The notes beneath the pieces are model-generated. The model was not told the origin of the DNA. It ran no database searches and saw only the letters and a list, made by a program, of their open reading frames with translations. A DNA stretch of 64,000 nt from Nemertoderma westbladi (lineage: Eukaryota > Animalia > Xenacoelomorpha), in NCBI GenBank assembly GCA_032718475.1, contig JAUCBJ010008735.1, positions 1-64,000 of the forward strand, in the 5' to 3' direction. Shown piece by piece: positions 37,281 to 51,734 of this stretch. Position 1 is the stretch's first letter, and every line of letters starts with the position of its first letter. Both the position numbers and the translations under genes were made by a program.

Positions 37281-38585
37281 TGTCTCCAGCGATAGCACAC
37301 CAGTTACACCGCAGTTATTCTTCTACCTCATAGCTGTTTGTTGGTACCAACTTCGTACCAATGGAAAGCTGGCCCTGCAAGGATTTCAAATATGTAACAC
37401 AAATTGAATTTCGTTGAAAAATAGCTAAGATATGGGCGCTCCAATGTTGCATGGTTATGCACCTGTGCGAGGCTATTTTATTATATTTAAAAGCCTGCTA
37501 AAACTGCTGTACTGACTGACAGAGTCTGATGGGCTAGGGATAAAGTAGTAAATATACTAAGTATACAAACATATAACCTAAGCTTGATGTATGCTACCAA
37601 TAAAAAATAATAATAATATATCATCATAAATACTGCAATACTTTTATTTACACAGCCCAAGTAGGTAAGTCTGAATATGCTCATATTGTATATTATATCG
37701 CCATCACAATTTGGGTTTCAGGCAAACATACTGTATCAACGCAATTAGCATTATTAACACTTGTAGACAAAATTACATCATCCCTTGAAAAGAAACAATC
37801 AACATTATTAGCACTCTCAATAGACTTATCAAAGGCATTTGACACGGTTAACCATGCAATTTTATTAAGCAAAATGGAACACGAACAGAACAACACTATG
37901 GAATAAAAGGTGTTGCATTGGAATGGTTCCAAAGTTACTTGTTCCAACGTGAACAATATGTAGTCATTGACAATATTTGTTCCAAACAAAAAATTATCCA
38001 TTGCGGGGTGCCCCAGGGGTCCATTCTAGGTCCTCTGCTTTTCCTCCTATACTGCAACGACATAACCAATGTCTCCAAAATATTTAGTTTTGTTTTATTT
38101 GCGGACGACACCAGCATAGTTAACTCCAGTAATAATATTGATAACCTGATTGCCAGTACGAACTCTGAATTACAAAATCTCCAAAAATGGTTTTGTGTCA
38201 ATCGCCTATACTTGAATATCAGCAAAACAAACTATATTATCTTCAATACAAGCAACCGATCATCAGTCCATCAACTCCAATTCACATTAATAACATTGAC
38301 ATTACTCGAGTAAAGGTGGCCAAATTCCTTGGTGTACACATAGATGAGCGACTAAACTGGAAGTACCATCTACACCAAATAAGTATGAAAATTAGTAAAA
38401 ATATAGGTGTTATAAACAAGGTAAAATCATTTATGACTACAGAATCTTTAGCAGCTCTATACTACGCACTGGTCCATCCATACTTAAGTTACTGTACGGT
38501 AGTTTGGGGTAAATCCATAACGGACAATACTGAACAACTAGGACAAGCATGGGCATTAAGGGTCGGGGGCATTAAGGGTCACATT
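37281..38585 (+). repeat. Left arm of ~1-kb inverted duplication (MITE fragment + CR1 RT fragment + pogo end)
   Basis: Reverse complement of ~42131-43121 apart from a ~265-bp segment (37446-37711) absent on the right. Confidence 0.93.
37712..38510 (+). pseudogene. CR1/L2 RT fragment (left arm)
   Basis: [52 protein letters not shown]. Confidence 0.88.
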
Positions 38586-41500
38586 TCATTTTAATGGTTA
38601 CAGCAGTAGTGCACTTCAAAAAATAGTTTATTTTTTTCATTTTGATTTAAATATGATATTACAGCATATGGTATGACTATTGAATTTTACAACTTGGAAC
38701 CAAGTTATAGTCCAAAAAATAAAAATAATTAGAGTCACTCAATTCTTTGAGGTAAAGTTTAGGGCAAAACTTTTGCAATGTACAGTGAAACTTTACATCA
38801 TCGCATGCCTGTACCTCACATTCATTATTTTCCAATTTTTTTTTTTTAGTACTAGCTTATAGAATATGAGGATAAATTTATGTGTCACAAAAGTTGTGGA
38901 AAACTGAAAATAGAGATGGTTTTATCTAAATTTTGTATTTGGTAGATTTTCGGCTAAATTTTGCTTTTTTTGGGGCATTAAGGGTCGTTAGGTTCATATA
39001 GGCATATGACATCTATAGATATAAAACCTACTCATGCTACATTAATATGGATATAGATTATGTATTACAAGCTTTTGTGAGATATAGGGTAGGCTGCATT
39101 ATCATATAGCAGTACTGCAGTAGGTCTACCCATACCGTTCAGCCCTTAAAGCCTCAAGCAGTGTAGCAGGGAGGAATAATATATCAATTTAGCATTATCA
39201 TATACCGAAACAAATAGGCCTATAGTGTTTTAACTAGTTTCACCCACCCTGTACAGCTGTATGGTTACTTTAACTACTGCTAGATTGTCTAATTTAATTA
39301 ATATAGAATAGCCTACAATACATGGTGAAACAATCAGATTAGACAATGGTGAAACGTTACAAGATTGGAAAAGCTAAAGGACGTACACAAGGAAGTGATG
39401 TTGAAAAAAAGGACAAAATGGGCGAACAATCCCAAGATTGTGGCAGCGTTGGAAGAACTTCATGCCAATCCGATGGCATCTCTACGGGAATTAGCTATAA
39501 TGCACTCTGTCCCATATAGTGTGCTCCAGAGAAGATCATCTGGTAAGGTATCTGTGGATGCAACAGTGGGTCGTAAAACGATTCTTGATAAGAGTGTAGA
39601 AGAATGTTTTGCAAAAGCATGTATTGTGTCTCAATCATGGGGATATCCCCTAACTTGGAGTGAATTGCAGGATGCAGTTGAGTTCTATGTCAACAATGAA
39701 AGAGACAATAATTCACCACCAACTCCCTTTATAGATGGACGCCCGAGTAAGGAATGGGTGGAGTCTTTCATAATTCGGCACCCAGAGCTGAGTATAAGAA
39801 AAACGGAACAGCTATCCAAGGCCAGGGGAGTAGCTATTACACGAGAATTGATTGATGGATACTACAATGAATTTGACAAAATAATAGAGAAGCTCAATTT
39901 AAAAGATAAACCGGCACAGATTTTCAATGTTGATGAGACTGGCTTTTCTACTGATCCAGAGGACACAAGGGTAATCGCGAAGAAATGAGCTAAGAATGTC
40001 AATCAATCAATTGGAGGAAGTGGGCGTGAGCATTGGACTGTAAATGGTTGTGCCAGTGCATCTGGACAGATACTTCCGCCACAGATCCTTTATAAGGGTA
40101 AAAACTTGTATGTAAGATTCACCGTCAATGGTTATCTTGGTTCAATGTTTGGAATGTCTGAAACTGGTTGGATGAACTACCTACTGTTCCTAGGTTGGTT
40201 TAGATTCTTCATAAAATCCATTCCTCCAGCACGGCCTGTTTTATTGATTTTAGATGGACACACCTCGCATTTTAGTGTTCAACTGATAGAGTTGGCAATT
40301 GCCAATGACATACACATTTTCAAACTCCCTCCTCATGCAACCCATATCCTCCAGCCTCTTGATAGATGCGTCTATGGTCCCCTTAAAAAGGGTTGGTTAA
40401 AGATCTTACGTCAGCAAGTCCGTCAGACTGGGTCGAAGAGGCTACGTAAGGAAGACTTCCCAGGACTGATCAAACTACCTATATTACCCCAGCTATTTGC
40501 ATTTCTGGCTTTGAGGCAACTGGGATGTATCCATTTAATCCAAAACGTCTACCAGAAAGCATTTATAATCAAAGTGTACCATTTGTTCATGAATCCAAAA
40601 TAGTCACTCTACCTGTCTCTAGACCTGGCACTCCAATGATCACTACACCAAATATTATACCTGTCACAAGTCCAGTCACCTCTCCAATAACTGCACTCAT
40701 CAACACAAATATCACCACTTCTACACCCTCTCCTACCACCATCTCTGACACTATATCTGCTACCTCACTGTCACTCACTACCCGTATGCACTTTTCTACA
40801 CCCACTGATGCACCTGATACCATCTCTACTGTACCCAGCAACACTAACACTACACCATTAACATCACCTGCTATAGCAATTACACCTACAAAAAAGGTTG
40901 CAAATGCCTTGAGTGAGGCTTTGTTTGGAGGTATAAATCCTAAAATAAAACAAACAGCAATAACAAAAAGATCTACAGGCCAAGTCGATACCAGATATGG
41001 AGAGGTTATAACAACGAGTGAGGCATTAGAACGAGCAAAGGAGCTGGCGGAAAGTAGGGAACAAAAAAAGAAGAAACCGAAGAAATCCACATCCATAGTG
41101 AAAAAATCAATAAAGAGTAAAAAGACGAACAAACAGAATGCTTCAACATCAGCAGGTACATCAGCTCTCTCCCGTATCAAAAATATAGGTGAAAGTCAGA
41201 ACATTGATGATGATGACGAGGACGATGAGGATGACGACATTGACATCAACAGATGCAGTACATGTGACATCCATTTCTTCGCATCTGACTTTCGTAACAC
41301 AGTTGGTTGTGACTACTGCCCACATTGGTTTCACAAACGCTGCACTGAGTTTGCTGATGATGATGGAAATCTAGACAATCAAGATTTTAATTGCGATTTC
41401 TGTTATGAGGAGTAGGCCTAATTCAATTGGCTTAATAAATAATGTGATTCAATGAACAATGAACAGATGATATAGGTCCTTAGTCCTATTGAACTAACTG

Positions 41501-42146
41501 TAGCATCGCACCATATCTGGCCATTGAACTACCTCAATAAACTGTATCTGTACTGTTTATTACCAGTATATTAATCAATATTAATATTGTTCTTGTTGCA
41601 TGTTGTTGCATGATAATTACCGTATTCCATATATATATGAGTATATAACTAGTGTATATGGTCAAGTTTACACTATTAATTCAAATAATACCTTAAAATA
41701 ATGTATGCTACAATTAATGCAATGGTAATAATATGCATATAGGCCTAATCGAATATCTTTTAGTCAGTCTCTTAGCATTACTTATAGTTAGTATTTTGGT
41801 ATGTATATTGGTATATACAGATATATACATCGTAGAAACATGTATGAATGCAATCTTAATATGCAATATTGTATTTTACAATAATAACGATATCATTTAA
41901 AAAAAAAAAATAGTGACCCTTAATACCCCCTTAAGACCCCTAATGCCCACCCATAGTGGGCATTAAGGGTCAGTAGTAAAGTTTTAAAAAAACCTTTCAA
42001 AATGGCCATGTTAGCCTGTGGGCACTAAGGGTCAATGGGAACTTTTTTCAAATAGATTGTTGTACTTCATAAGAAAAAAATCCCATGAAATTAGCATAAT
42101 AGGAACAGATAAAAGCTTATACAAAAAAGTGTGACCCTAAATGCCT
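38549..42146 (+). mobile_element. pogo/Tigger-group DNA transposon
   Basis: Subterminal ggcattaagggtc motifs at both ends (38555, 38568, 38974; 41925-42033, 42131-42146); pogo transposase inside; exact termini obscured. Confidence 0.8.
39346..41415 (+). pseudogene. pogo DDD transposase (psq/CENP-B HTH, DDE_1) with C-terminal PHD finger; stop and frameshifts
   Basis: SLRELA..HSVPYS.LQRR, PSKEWVESFIIRHPELSIRK, IFNVDETG, LILDGHTSH, LPPHATHILQPLD; C-terminal CSTC...GCDYCPHWFHKRC...FNCDFC; in-frame TGA at 39986. Confidence 0.9.
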
Positions 42147-43121
42147 ATCTTGTTCAGTATTGTCCGTTATGGATTTACCCCAAACTACCGTACAGTAACT
42201 TAAGTATGGATGGACCAGTGTGTAGTATAGAGCTGCTAAAAATTCTGTAGTCATAAATGATTTTACCTTGTTTATAACACCTATATTTTTACTAATTTTC
42301 ATACTTATTTGGTGTAGATGGTACTTCCAGTTTAGTCGCTCATCTATGTGTACACCAAGGAATTTGGCCACCTTTACTCGAGTAATGTCAATGTTATTAA
42401 TGTGAATTGGAGTTGATGGACTGATGATCCGGTTGCTTGTATTGAAGATAATATTGTTTGTTTTGCTGATATTCAAGGATAGGCGATTGACACAAAACCT
42501 TTTTTGGAGATTTTGTAATTCAGAGTTCGTACTGCAATCAGATTATCAATATTATTACTGGAGTTAACTATGCTGGTGTCGTCCGCAAATAAAACAAAAC
42601 TAAATATTTTGGAGACATTGGTTATGTCGTTGCAGTATAGGAGGAAAAGCAGAGGACCTAGAATGGACCCCTGGGGCACCCCGCAATGGATAATTTTTTG
42701 TTTGGAACAAATATTGTCAATGACTACATATTGTTTACGTGGAACAAGTAACTTTGGAACCATTCCAATGCAACACCTTTTATTCCATAGTGTTCGTGTT
42801 CCATTTTGCTTAATAAAATTGCATGGTTAACCGTGTCAAATGCCTTTGATAGGTCTATTGAGAGTGCTCATGTTGATTGTTTCTTTTCAAGGGATGATGT
42901 AATTTTGTCTACAAGTGTTAATAATGCTAATTGCGTTGATATGTTTGCCTGAAACCCATTGGAGCGCCCATATCTTAGCTATTTTTCAACGAAATTCAAT
43001 TTGTGTTACATATTTGAAATCCTTGCAGGGCCAGCTTTCCATTGGTATGAAGTTGGTACCAACAAACAGCTATGAGGTAGAAGAATAACTGCAGTGAACT
43101 GGTGTAATATCGCTGGAGACA
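42131..43121 (-). repeat. Right arm of the inverted duplication, including a CR1 RT fragment on the minus strand
   Basis: Near-identical reverse complement of 37281-38585. Confidence 0.93.
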
Positions 43122-43302
43122 AATCGCTCGTTGAAAACAAAAATTGCATGGAACAGACTTATTATTACTAAATTATAATGTTATTTGAGGTTATTCTATA
43201 CACTCCAAATTCACAGACGGAGGAGTAAATGAAATAATTAAATATGTACATTAAAATATTACCGGTTTGAGAGTTTAAAAAAGCACGTTTTAAAATGTAG
43301 TT

Positions 43303-43797
43303 TTATGGGATGATAGATAAGGTGGCGATAGGCGGACATTGAGGACACGATAGGGCGTGGTAATGATCGCTGGCTGAGTTTTGACAAAATTTACAGGTGC
43401 AGTCCGGACACGGGATGTGGAAAGTTGAATTGTTGCAGAGTTTATAGTGAAAACCGTGAGATGTCGTTCTTGTTATGAGGTGCCTGTTTCTTTGGTTACT
43501 GCGAGTCCATGTTGTTGAAGTGAAGGCCGGTCCTAAATTGTAATTCTCAGTAATGAAATTTGCATTTCGATCCGATCTGAAGATGATGTATTGTTCTAGA
43601 ATTTCAGCGCTGAAAATACCTGGTGATGTTAGAAGGATGTCGTTTGTGAAGGTTTCTTGATGAGTTAATTTTAAAGCTAGAGTTGATGATGAAGAAATAT
43701 GGAGTCCAAGGAGCCGTTTAAGAAAGGTAGATTTAATTTTATCCAATTCTTTTAGTTGAGGTAGTGTAAGTTTCGATCCTATTTCCGAGAGGGCGGA
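43303..43797 (-). pseudogene. Non-LTR retrotransposon ORF2 C-terminal fragment with Cys/His motif
   Basis: LDKIK..FLKRLLGL...GFHYKLC...CTCKFC...YHALSC. Confidence 0.5.
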
Positions 43798-44330
43798 AAT
43801 TATAATGTTAGGCCCTATAGGATAAAGTTATTATTGGGCCTATTGTGGTGATCATCAGCAAGGACATACAAAATATTAAACACAAAAATATCAAATTACA
43901 AAAAACGTTATAAATAATATAACGCCATCTAGGGAAGTTTACAGGAAACAACAAAATTGCGCTTGAATAATCATGACCACTGATTGGAGGATAACAAAGA
44001 GGGATAGATAGGTAGGATAATACCGGTTAGTAAGTTATATATCAAGATATGGTCAGTACAATACAGTACCTACAGTAGTAGTTTAGATTCGTGTTTCTTT
44101 TTGGATGTCTGACATCTGACTGTCTGATGTATGTACAGATGTATTTTGATTTATCTGTTTTGATTAGATTTATCTGCATTATTATGTTCTGATGTTATGA
44201 ACTATCAAACTAATCGTTTTAGGCAGCCTGCCAGTTAACGGCAGATTTTCTTCAGGGAAACCAGAAAAACTAAGTGGTAGATTGCCACGGAACCCGGGTT
44301 TGACCTTATCCTGTTATCCAGCTTTCACAT

Positions 44331-44349
44331 TTGGGGGCTTGTCCGGGAG
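44331..44349 (+). promoter_or_regulatory. Primer-binding site complementary to tRNA-Pro 3' end
   Basis: ttgggggcttgtccgggag directly after the 5' LTR, close to canonical TGGGGGCTCGTCCGGGAT. Confidence 0.85.
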
Positions 44350-44520
44350 GATTTTTTTTTTCTTCCTGGTTGCTGCTGCTGGTTATAGACTTGTTACTTG
44401 TACCGTCAGACCGTTGGGCGTAGATAATCGATTGTTGGTTATCGGTAAACTGGCTGACTTTGGACTTGTACCGGTAGGTACCAGTAATATCAAGCATTCA
44501 GACAGTCAGCGAGTCAGGGT

Positions 44521-47500
44521 ATGACAGACGTTTTTGGATTCGAGAACGATAGCGATAGTACCGGTAGTAGATGCGGAGGGTCTGACAAAACGCAAATAGC
44601 CATCGATCCGAGAGAAGAATCAAGTTGGACGGACATAAACTTAAATAGTCCGGCGGTTGTCGTTCCTGGTTCCGGTTGCGACCGTCCTAGATATTCTGAA
44701 ACGCAGTCTCACGGTTGGAATCTGTTTCCTGCAGTACCGGTACCAGGAGAAGGGGACGATTACATACATCCTAATAGAGAGCAGCAAGGTACCGATACCT
44801 GTATACAGCTTGAACGCGACGCACCGTTAATGGCGGATATCAGGAAGGAACCGGAAATATTCGACGGGCGTTGAGATGTTGATTCCTGGGTTAGTGCATT
44901 ACAGCGATTGGGACGTCTTCGAAGGTGGAATTACGTGATGATGGGAAGGGTTGCTTCTGTTTATGTGTCAGGTACCGCGGCTCGCGTAATAGAAGAATTA
45001 CCTACTGAACAACAAGTCGATTTTGATAGCGTAGTAGCCGCTCTGCGAGCTAGATTTAGGCCTTTACCCCCCGAGGTTATATGTAGTAAGCTTTTAGATT
45101 GTAGGCTTGGAATAAATGAAACTATAGAGGAGTATGTAGATAAACTCCAGAAATGGGGACAGCAAGCCTGGGTAGATATGAATGGTGTGCAACGAGATCG
45201 GTTATTACTTACAGTTTTTTACAGAGGCATACACTCTGATTTGGCTTTTAGGATTAGAAACAGCCATCCGCAATCATTTGACAAGGCTGTACGTATGGTG
45301 CGTAATGAAGAAATTTATTTAGCGGAGGCGAACCATTTAAATTACGGGGATCAAGCTGGACGTATTGATCGAAATACCTGTATTGATTCTAATAGGCCAA
45401 AGCATACGTTTTTGCAGGAAAGTGGTGTACATGGATATGTAAACAATACGGCGAGTTTTAATAGAAATTATACTGTACCGAGTAGACCGGTTATCGTTGA
45501 TCCAAAAATAAATAAATTAGAAAGTGAGATACAAGAATTACGGAAACAAATTTCCGGTATGCAGTGCCAGCCAGCTCCTGTACGTCCGTTTACTGCATGG
45601 AATAAGAGTAGAACAGATTCTGGTCCAAACCATTCTGAAAGGAGTAGTGATACATTAGCCTACAGTCGTGGTAGACCTGTAGATAGCCCTTATTTGACAG
45701 AGCCAAGTAGGTCAATTATTCAAAGTGAAAATTTTCAGGGAAGTAATAATATGACACCCCGTAGGAATGTAACATGTTTTAACTGCAATGAATTTGGCCA
45801 TTACAGTACCCAATGTCCCCAGCCGTTTGCTTCCCGTAATGTTCAGCCACGGAGAGATATTGTTTGTTTTAATTGTAACGAGTCTGGACATTACAGTACC
45901 CATTGCCCAAGATCTCAAACATCCCGATTTAATAGATCGAGTGACGATGTGAGACGTACTTATTCATACAGACCGAGACCTTCCCCACTTAGTACTACTA
46001 ACAATATGTGTCAGCCATCCCAATATGTGCCACACCCTACTCCACCACCCAGTAGGTTTAGTACGGATGCTGGTACACTGGCTTCGAGTTTTGAAAATAA
46101 TCACATACGGTATACAACGCATACGAATCGCGATTGGTACATACCTATACATATAGGACGTACAAAGATGGTTGGTTTGGTAGATAGCGGTTCAGATTTT
46201 ACTATAATGGATATACGTAAATTACCAAAGGATTGTGAACTGGGAGCCAGTAGTATACCATCTATTAAGGGTGTAGGAGGGTTAATGCCAGTATTAGGTG
46301 AAGTGCATCTACCGATTGTTATTACGTCAGACTTTAAAGTAGACATATTAGTGTATATTGGCGACTTACAGAAAATTGGTGGTTCTGAAATTATTTTTGG
46401 TAAAGATTTTATCTACCAAGCCTGTACCTCGTTTGATTTAGTAAAACAATGTATGATTTTACGGAATAACGAGTGTGTTTATTTTTGTAGTCCACCGACT
46501 CAGGTTATATCTAACTCAACTACAGAACACTATACTCGCCGTATAATTATGTCAGAAAAGAGGGTTACTATACCACCAGATTCTCAGGCATATATTACAG
46601 GTTGTTTGAAGGGAAAGGGAAGTAATTGTAGCTTCCCAACAGGACCAGTTTATATTGAACCTCTGTATCAGTCGAATACTCAAACCCTACTAGCACGTTG
46701 TATTATAGATCCAATTGATAGAGAACGTGTTACATTACAAGTTTTAAACCCAAACAATTCACCAGTTACTGTTTTTAAGAACCAGAAGGTAGCATCATAC
46801 TGTGACGTCACTAATTATACCTTGCGTACTTTAGAAAGTAGGGCTATCAGTACAGATAGTGTAGTTAATGATGTCAATGGTAAACAGATATTTTTACGTA
46901 AAGAATTAAAATTAGACCATTTAGACTCTGATAAACAAGCTGATGTATTGGACATTGTTGGACAGAATCCCCATTCATTTTCTTACAATGATTATGACAT
47001 AGGACGGACTACACTGTTACAACATTCTATACCTTTGAAACCTGATGCTAAACCGATACATGTAAAGCCTTATCCAATACCCGTAGCCATACGTCCAGAA
47101 CTGAGAGAACGGTTAAGTAATTTACAACGTGTAGACAGCCGAGTACCAGTGAATGGTCTTCTCCTCTTATTATTGTTAAGGCACCTAATATGCCATGGCG
47201 CTTAGCTATAGACTATAGGGGACTTAATTCAGTAGCAGTTCCTCAATTTTGGCCATTACCTAATATTGATTACATGTTAGCAGAAGTTGGTGCTGCCAGA
47301 CCAGAATATTTCAGTGCATTGGATTTTAAATCCATGTTTTGGCAAGTAGAGATTAATCCGGAGGATTATGCGAAGACCGCCTTTCATACTCAGTGGGGAA
47401 ACTTTGAGTTTCGTAGAATGCCGTTTGGGCTTCAGTCATCACCCAGTACGTGTCAGAGATTAATGCAACTAGGATTAGAAGGGATAGAATGTGCTTTAGT

Positions 47501-50021
47501 GTACATGGATGACCTGATATTGTATTCTAGAACGTGGGAACAGCACATAGAACTCATAGATATAGTACTACGGCGTATAAGTGAGTTAGGTCTCAAATTG
47601 AAACCATCTAAATGTTGTTTTGGAGCGAGTTCAATACACTTCCTAGGACACATTATTGATCGGGATGGTATACATACTGACCCTGAGAAAATAAGTACGA
47701 TGGTCGATTTCCCCAGACCTACTTGTGTGAAGGACTTACAGAGTTTTCTGGGCCTGTGTGGATACTACAGGAAGTTTGTGAGAGATTATGGCAAATTAGT
47801 ACAACCATTGTATAGCCTAACTAAAGTAGGAGTGCCGTTTTACTGGAATGCAGATTGTGAACAAGCTTTTCTAGAACTCAAGAATCGACTCGTTTCATCG
47901 CCAATTTTATCCCACCCTGACTTTGAACGAGAGTTTACCTTAGAAACTGATGCCAGTGGATCTGGACTTGGGGCGATACTTTGCCAAGACGATAAGGTTA
48001 TAGCTTATGCTTCGCGTTCCCTGACTTGTGCTGAAGCTAAGTGGTCGATTACGGAATTAGAGGGATTAGCAGTAGTTTGGGCCGTAGCTAAGTTTCGTTT
48101 TTATTTATTGGGTCGACATTTTAAAGTGATTTCAGATCATAACCCCCTGCGATGCTTGTCTTGGGTTGGTGTCAATCGCCATATTACGGGTCGTCTCCAA
48201 AGGTGGGCACTGAAACTGTCAGAATACGATTATACTTTTATTTATAAGCCCGGAAAGTTTAACAGGGCTGATTGCTTATCCCGGATAAAAGTAGAACATC
48301 CTCTAGATACGACTAACACTGTAAACAATCACAGTAACGAACTCGATGTTGAACCATTTTGTTTAATTAATGTTCCTGTAATAAACCCTGTAGACTCTAC
48401 AGACTTGACTGGAGAGACAGACAATTTGATGAATAACCAATCTAATGTAGTGAATGTAGATACCGATGAACTACAAGGTCTTGTAGACTTATTTAGTTGC
48501 AATGGAACGGATTCGAAGGTTTGTAACCATGACTACCAGGATAAACAGAGTTCAGTAGCAAATGACGATGATGGATGTTCATCTTACCGTGCTCCAGACA
48601 CCTCAATACATGTAGATAGTTTCGCAGACGTTCAGTCTTCCTTACCTGTGTTACCTAGCAATGTGGAGTTTTGTAGTTTGTCCAGACTACGTAAACTGCA
48701 GTTGGAAGATTCAAATATTAAGGTGATGGTAGAATATTTACAAACGGGAAATAAACCAGAATTTAATCGTAAGCTCTCTGAGTGTAAGAATATGGTAAAG
48801 TTACATACACAATATGTATTAGTAGATGGTATTCTATGTCACGTCTCGGATTGTAAGACAAGTAAGACAATACAAGTAGTAGTACCTAAGTTACTACGTA
48901 GACAGGTACTACTTCAGTTCCATGACCTCAGGTCACACTTAGGAATTAATAAAACGTTGAATGACATTAAAGTAAAATTTTATTGGGTAAATCTCCGGGA
49001 TGATGTAGCGCGGTACATACATAGTTGTGATCCTTGTCAACGACGTAAAGGATCTACTAATATTCAACCATTAACTAGTTTACCAGCCCCCACCCGAGTT
49101 ATGGAAAGATTATCTATTGATATCGTGAAAGGGTTTCCCACTAGTCCAACTGGTAATAAACTTGTTTTCACTATTACAGAACATTTAACCCGATATGTTG
49201 AACTATTACCTGTCCCTGACGAACAGGCTGAAACTTTAGCCCGGGAATTGGTAAATAAAATATTTTGTGTATACGGTGCAGCTGAGATTATTTTATCGGA
49301 TAGAGGTCCAAGTTTTACTTCGTCACTTTTCTCGGAACTGGAAAAAATATTTGGCATTGTTCGTGTGTTAACTTCAGCGTACCACCCACAATGCAATGGT
49401 CTTACTGAAAGGGTCAACCAATCCATGTGTAATATGTTAGCACTGACAGTTCGTAACCATGACAACTGGGAAGAAATGCTTCCCCTAGTACAATTTAATT
49501 ATAACACTAGCGTACATTCTAGTATAGGGATAGCACCATTTACGTTGATGTTTGGTAGAGAGGCTCGTCTACCAATAGATACTCGTATTGAGCGGCCTTA
49601 TAGTTTGTTGGCTGACACAGCGACATACCCTGACGAATTACGTAAGAACTTACAAAATGCCCACAAGTTAGTTAGAGAACAACTAAGTAAAGCACAGAAT
49701 AAACAAAAACGCCTCCACGATCGTAAAGTGAAACAAAATTTGCAATCATTTGTGACAGGCGATAAAGTATTGTATTTTGATCGACGCGTTAAGCGCAAGA
49801 ATAATAAGTTGCGGTTCCGTTTTACCGGACCCTATGTAGTGCTCCGTAAGCGTTCGCAGTTTTCATATGAATTACGTCCTGTACGGAAACGAGTTACACC
49901 ACGAACTCCAGTGTTGGTAGTGAACGCGAAAGATTTAAAGTTATATCAAGTGCGTTCATCCGCTTGTGAAAGTAATAACCCTTCTATGTCCAATGGACAA
50001 AGTGATGTCGACACACCTTAG
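44521..50021 (+). pseudogene. Gypsy gag-pol (two CCHC knuckles, protease, RT, RNase H, integrase) with one in-frame stop and one frameshift
   Basis: CFNCNEFGHYSTQC x2, LVDSGS, YMDD, TDASG..ELEGLA, H..C..CQ zinc finger, SDRG, NGLTER, GPY; TGA at 44872, frameshift at ~47130-47190. Confidence 0.94.
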
Positions 50022-51734
50022 TGTACAGTAGTACATACAGTAAGGTATAAGTATATACAGTAGAACAGTGACTGATGATATTTACATAAACCAACAAACT
50101 ATATGCAATATGCACTACCGTATGCAGTTTAGATCCTACTAAACATTTTGTAGGTTATTATTGCACGGTCAGTATATTATTGGTATGTATACTTGTTACT
50201 ATTTAGATTAGACATATTTAGTGTTTTGTTTTATGAATGTAAATTAAACTATAAATTTTTGCTGTTCCCATTTCACCCTCTTTGTTGTCGCAGAAAAATA
50301 ATTATTTAGCGGAACCGAAACCTTTAATCTCATTTGGTAGTAAATGTGGTGTTGTTTTACATTTGAATAAATGTACAGTATGTATTTTATTTTTGGATAC
50401 CATAAGTTTATTGATATGTTTATTCATTCTGTAGAGACTTATTTTGTTTCTGTTTATTTCATAGAAAACTCGCCAATTGGCTATTTTGCTTGCATTGGGC
50501 GCCAAGGGAGGTCTTGAAGGTCTGTTGTATATTATTAGCCTATTGGTTATTAACTTTTTTATTAAATAATATTTGCCTATTGGCTATCATTTTGCATTGC
50601 ATGTATTAATTGTTGTCTAATGACTGCCATATTCAGTAAAATAAATTGCCTATTGGCTAAGCTACTGTAGCTGAAATTAATAACTACTTAGTACATATCG
50701 CAGTTGGTATTGGCAACTGGTAGTTGGAATGGGAATTTACATTTCCTGTACATAAATGAATAAAGTGTACCAAGTGCGTTGGATTTTAACTAATTCTATA
50801 TTCATATATTTTGTAGATATTTTTACATTATTATTGTGCTTGTTTTTATTTAGATTCGGTTCTGCAAAATATTTTGATCAAACCACTCGGGACGAGTGGT
50901 TTCCTTTCGTGGGGGGGATTTGTGGTGATCAGCAGCAAGGACATACAAAATATGAAACACAAAAATATCAAATTACAAAAAACGTTATAAATAATATAAC
51001 GCCATCTAGGGAAGTTTACAGGAAACAACAAAATTGCGCTAGAATAATCCTGACCACTGATTGGAGGATAACAAAGAGGGATAGATAGGTAGGATAATAC
51101 CGGTTAGTAAGTGATATATCAAGATATGGTCAGTACAATACAGTACCTACAGTAGTAGTTTAGATTCGTGTTTCTTTTTGGATGTCTGACATCTGACTGT
51201 CTGATGTATGTACAGATGTATTTTGATTTATCTGTTTTGATTAGATTTATCTGCATTATTATGTTCTGATGTTATGAACTATCAAACTAATCGTTTTAGG
51301 CAGCCTGCCAGTTAACGGCAGATTTTATTCAGGGAAACCAGAAAAATTGCCACGGAACCCGGGTTCGACCTTATCCTGTTATCCAGCTTTCACACTATTA
51401 AGACCAGTTGCGCTACCTCACAGTTACGTCAGGACATCGCTCAAGCCTCTATCCGCTTGGCAAATGCTGATACAAGCATAAACTAATTTTGAAATTCCCG
51501 CATGCATTACAATTAACAATAATTCTAAGCTAAGCAACATTGTACAGTAGCCTAGAGGTGGGTGAAGTTTTCTTTTTTTATATAACTTTTACGTGTCTTT
51601 TTATATCTTTATATCTAGATGGACATTAAAAAAAAGCACTAGCAGTCTAAAAAAACAGTTATGCTACCAGTATATTTATTTTTCATTTTTACATTTACCA
51701 GTATACCATTTAATACTATTAATATAGTAACAAT

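Larger units (their letters stand above)
43844..51394 (+). mobile_element. Near full-length Ty3/Gypsy LTR retrotransposon
   Basis: LTRs 43844-44329 and 50921-51394 (TG...CA, differing by a 12-bp indel and a few substitutions); TSD CTAT; PBS tgggggcttgtccggg (tRNA-Pro type); G-rich PPT before 50921. Confidence 0.96.

Noticed and set aside
44860-44910. Programmed stop readthrough in Gypsy gag
   Set aside because: The TGA lies early in gag rather than at the gag-pol boundary, and the element has another lesion; a point mutation is more likely
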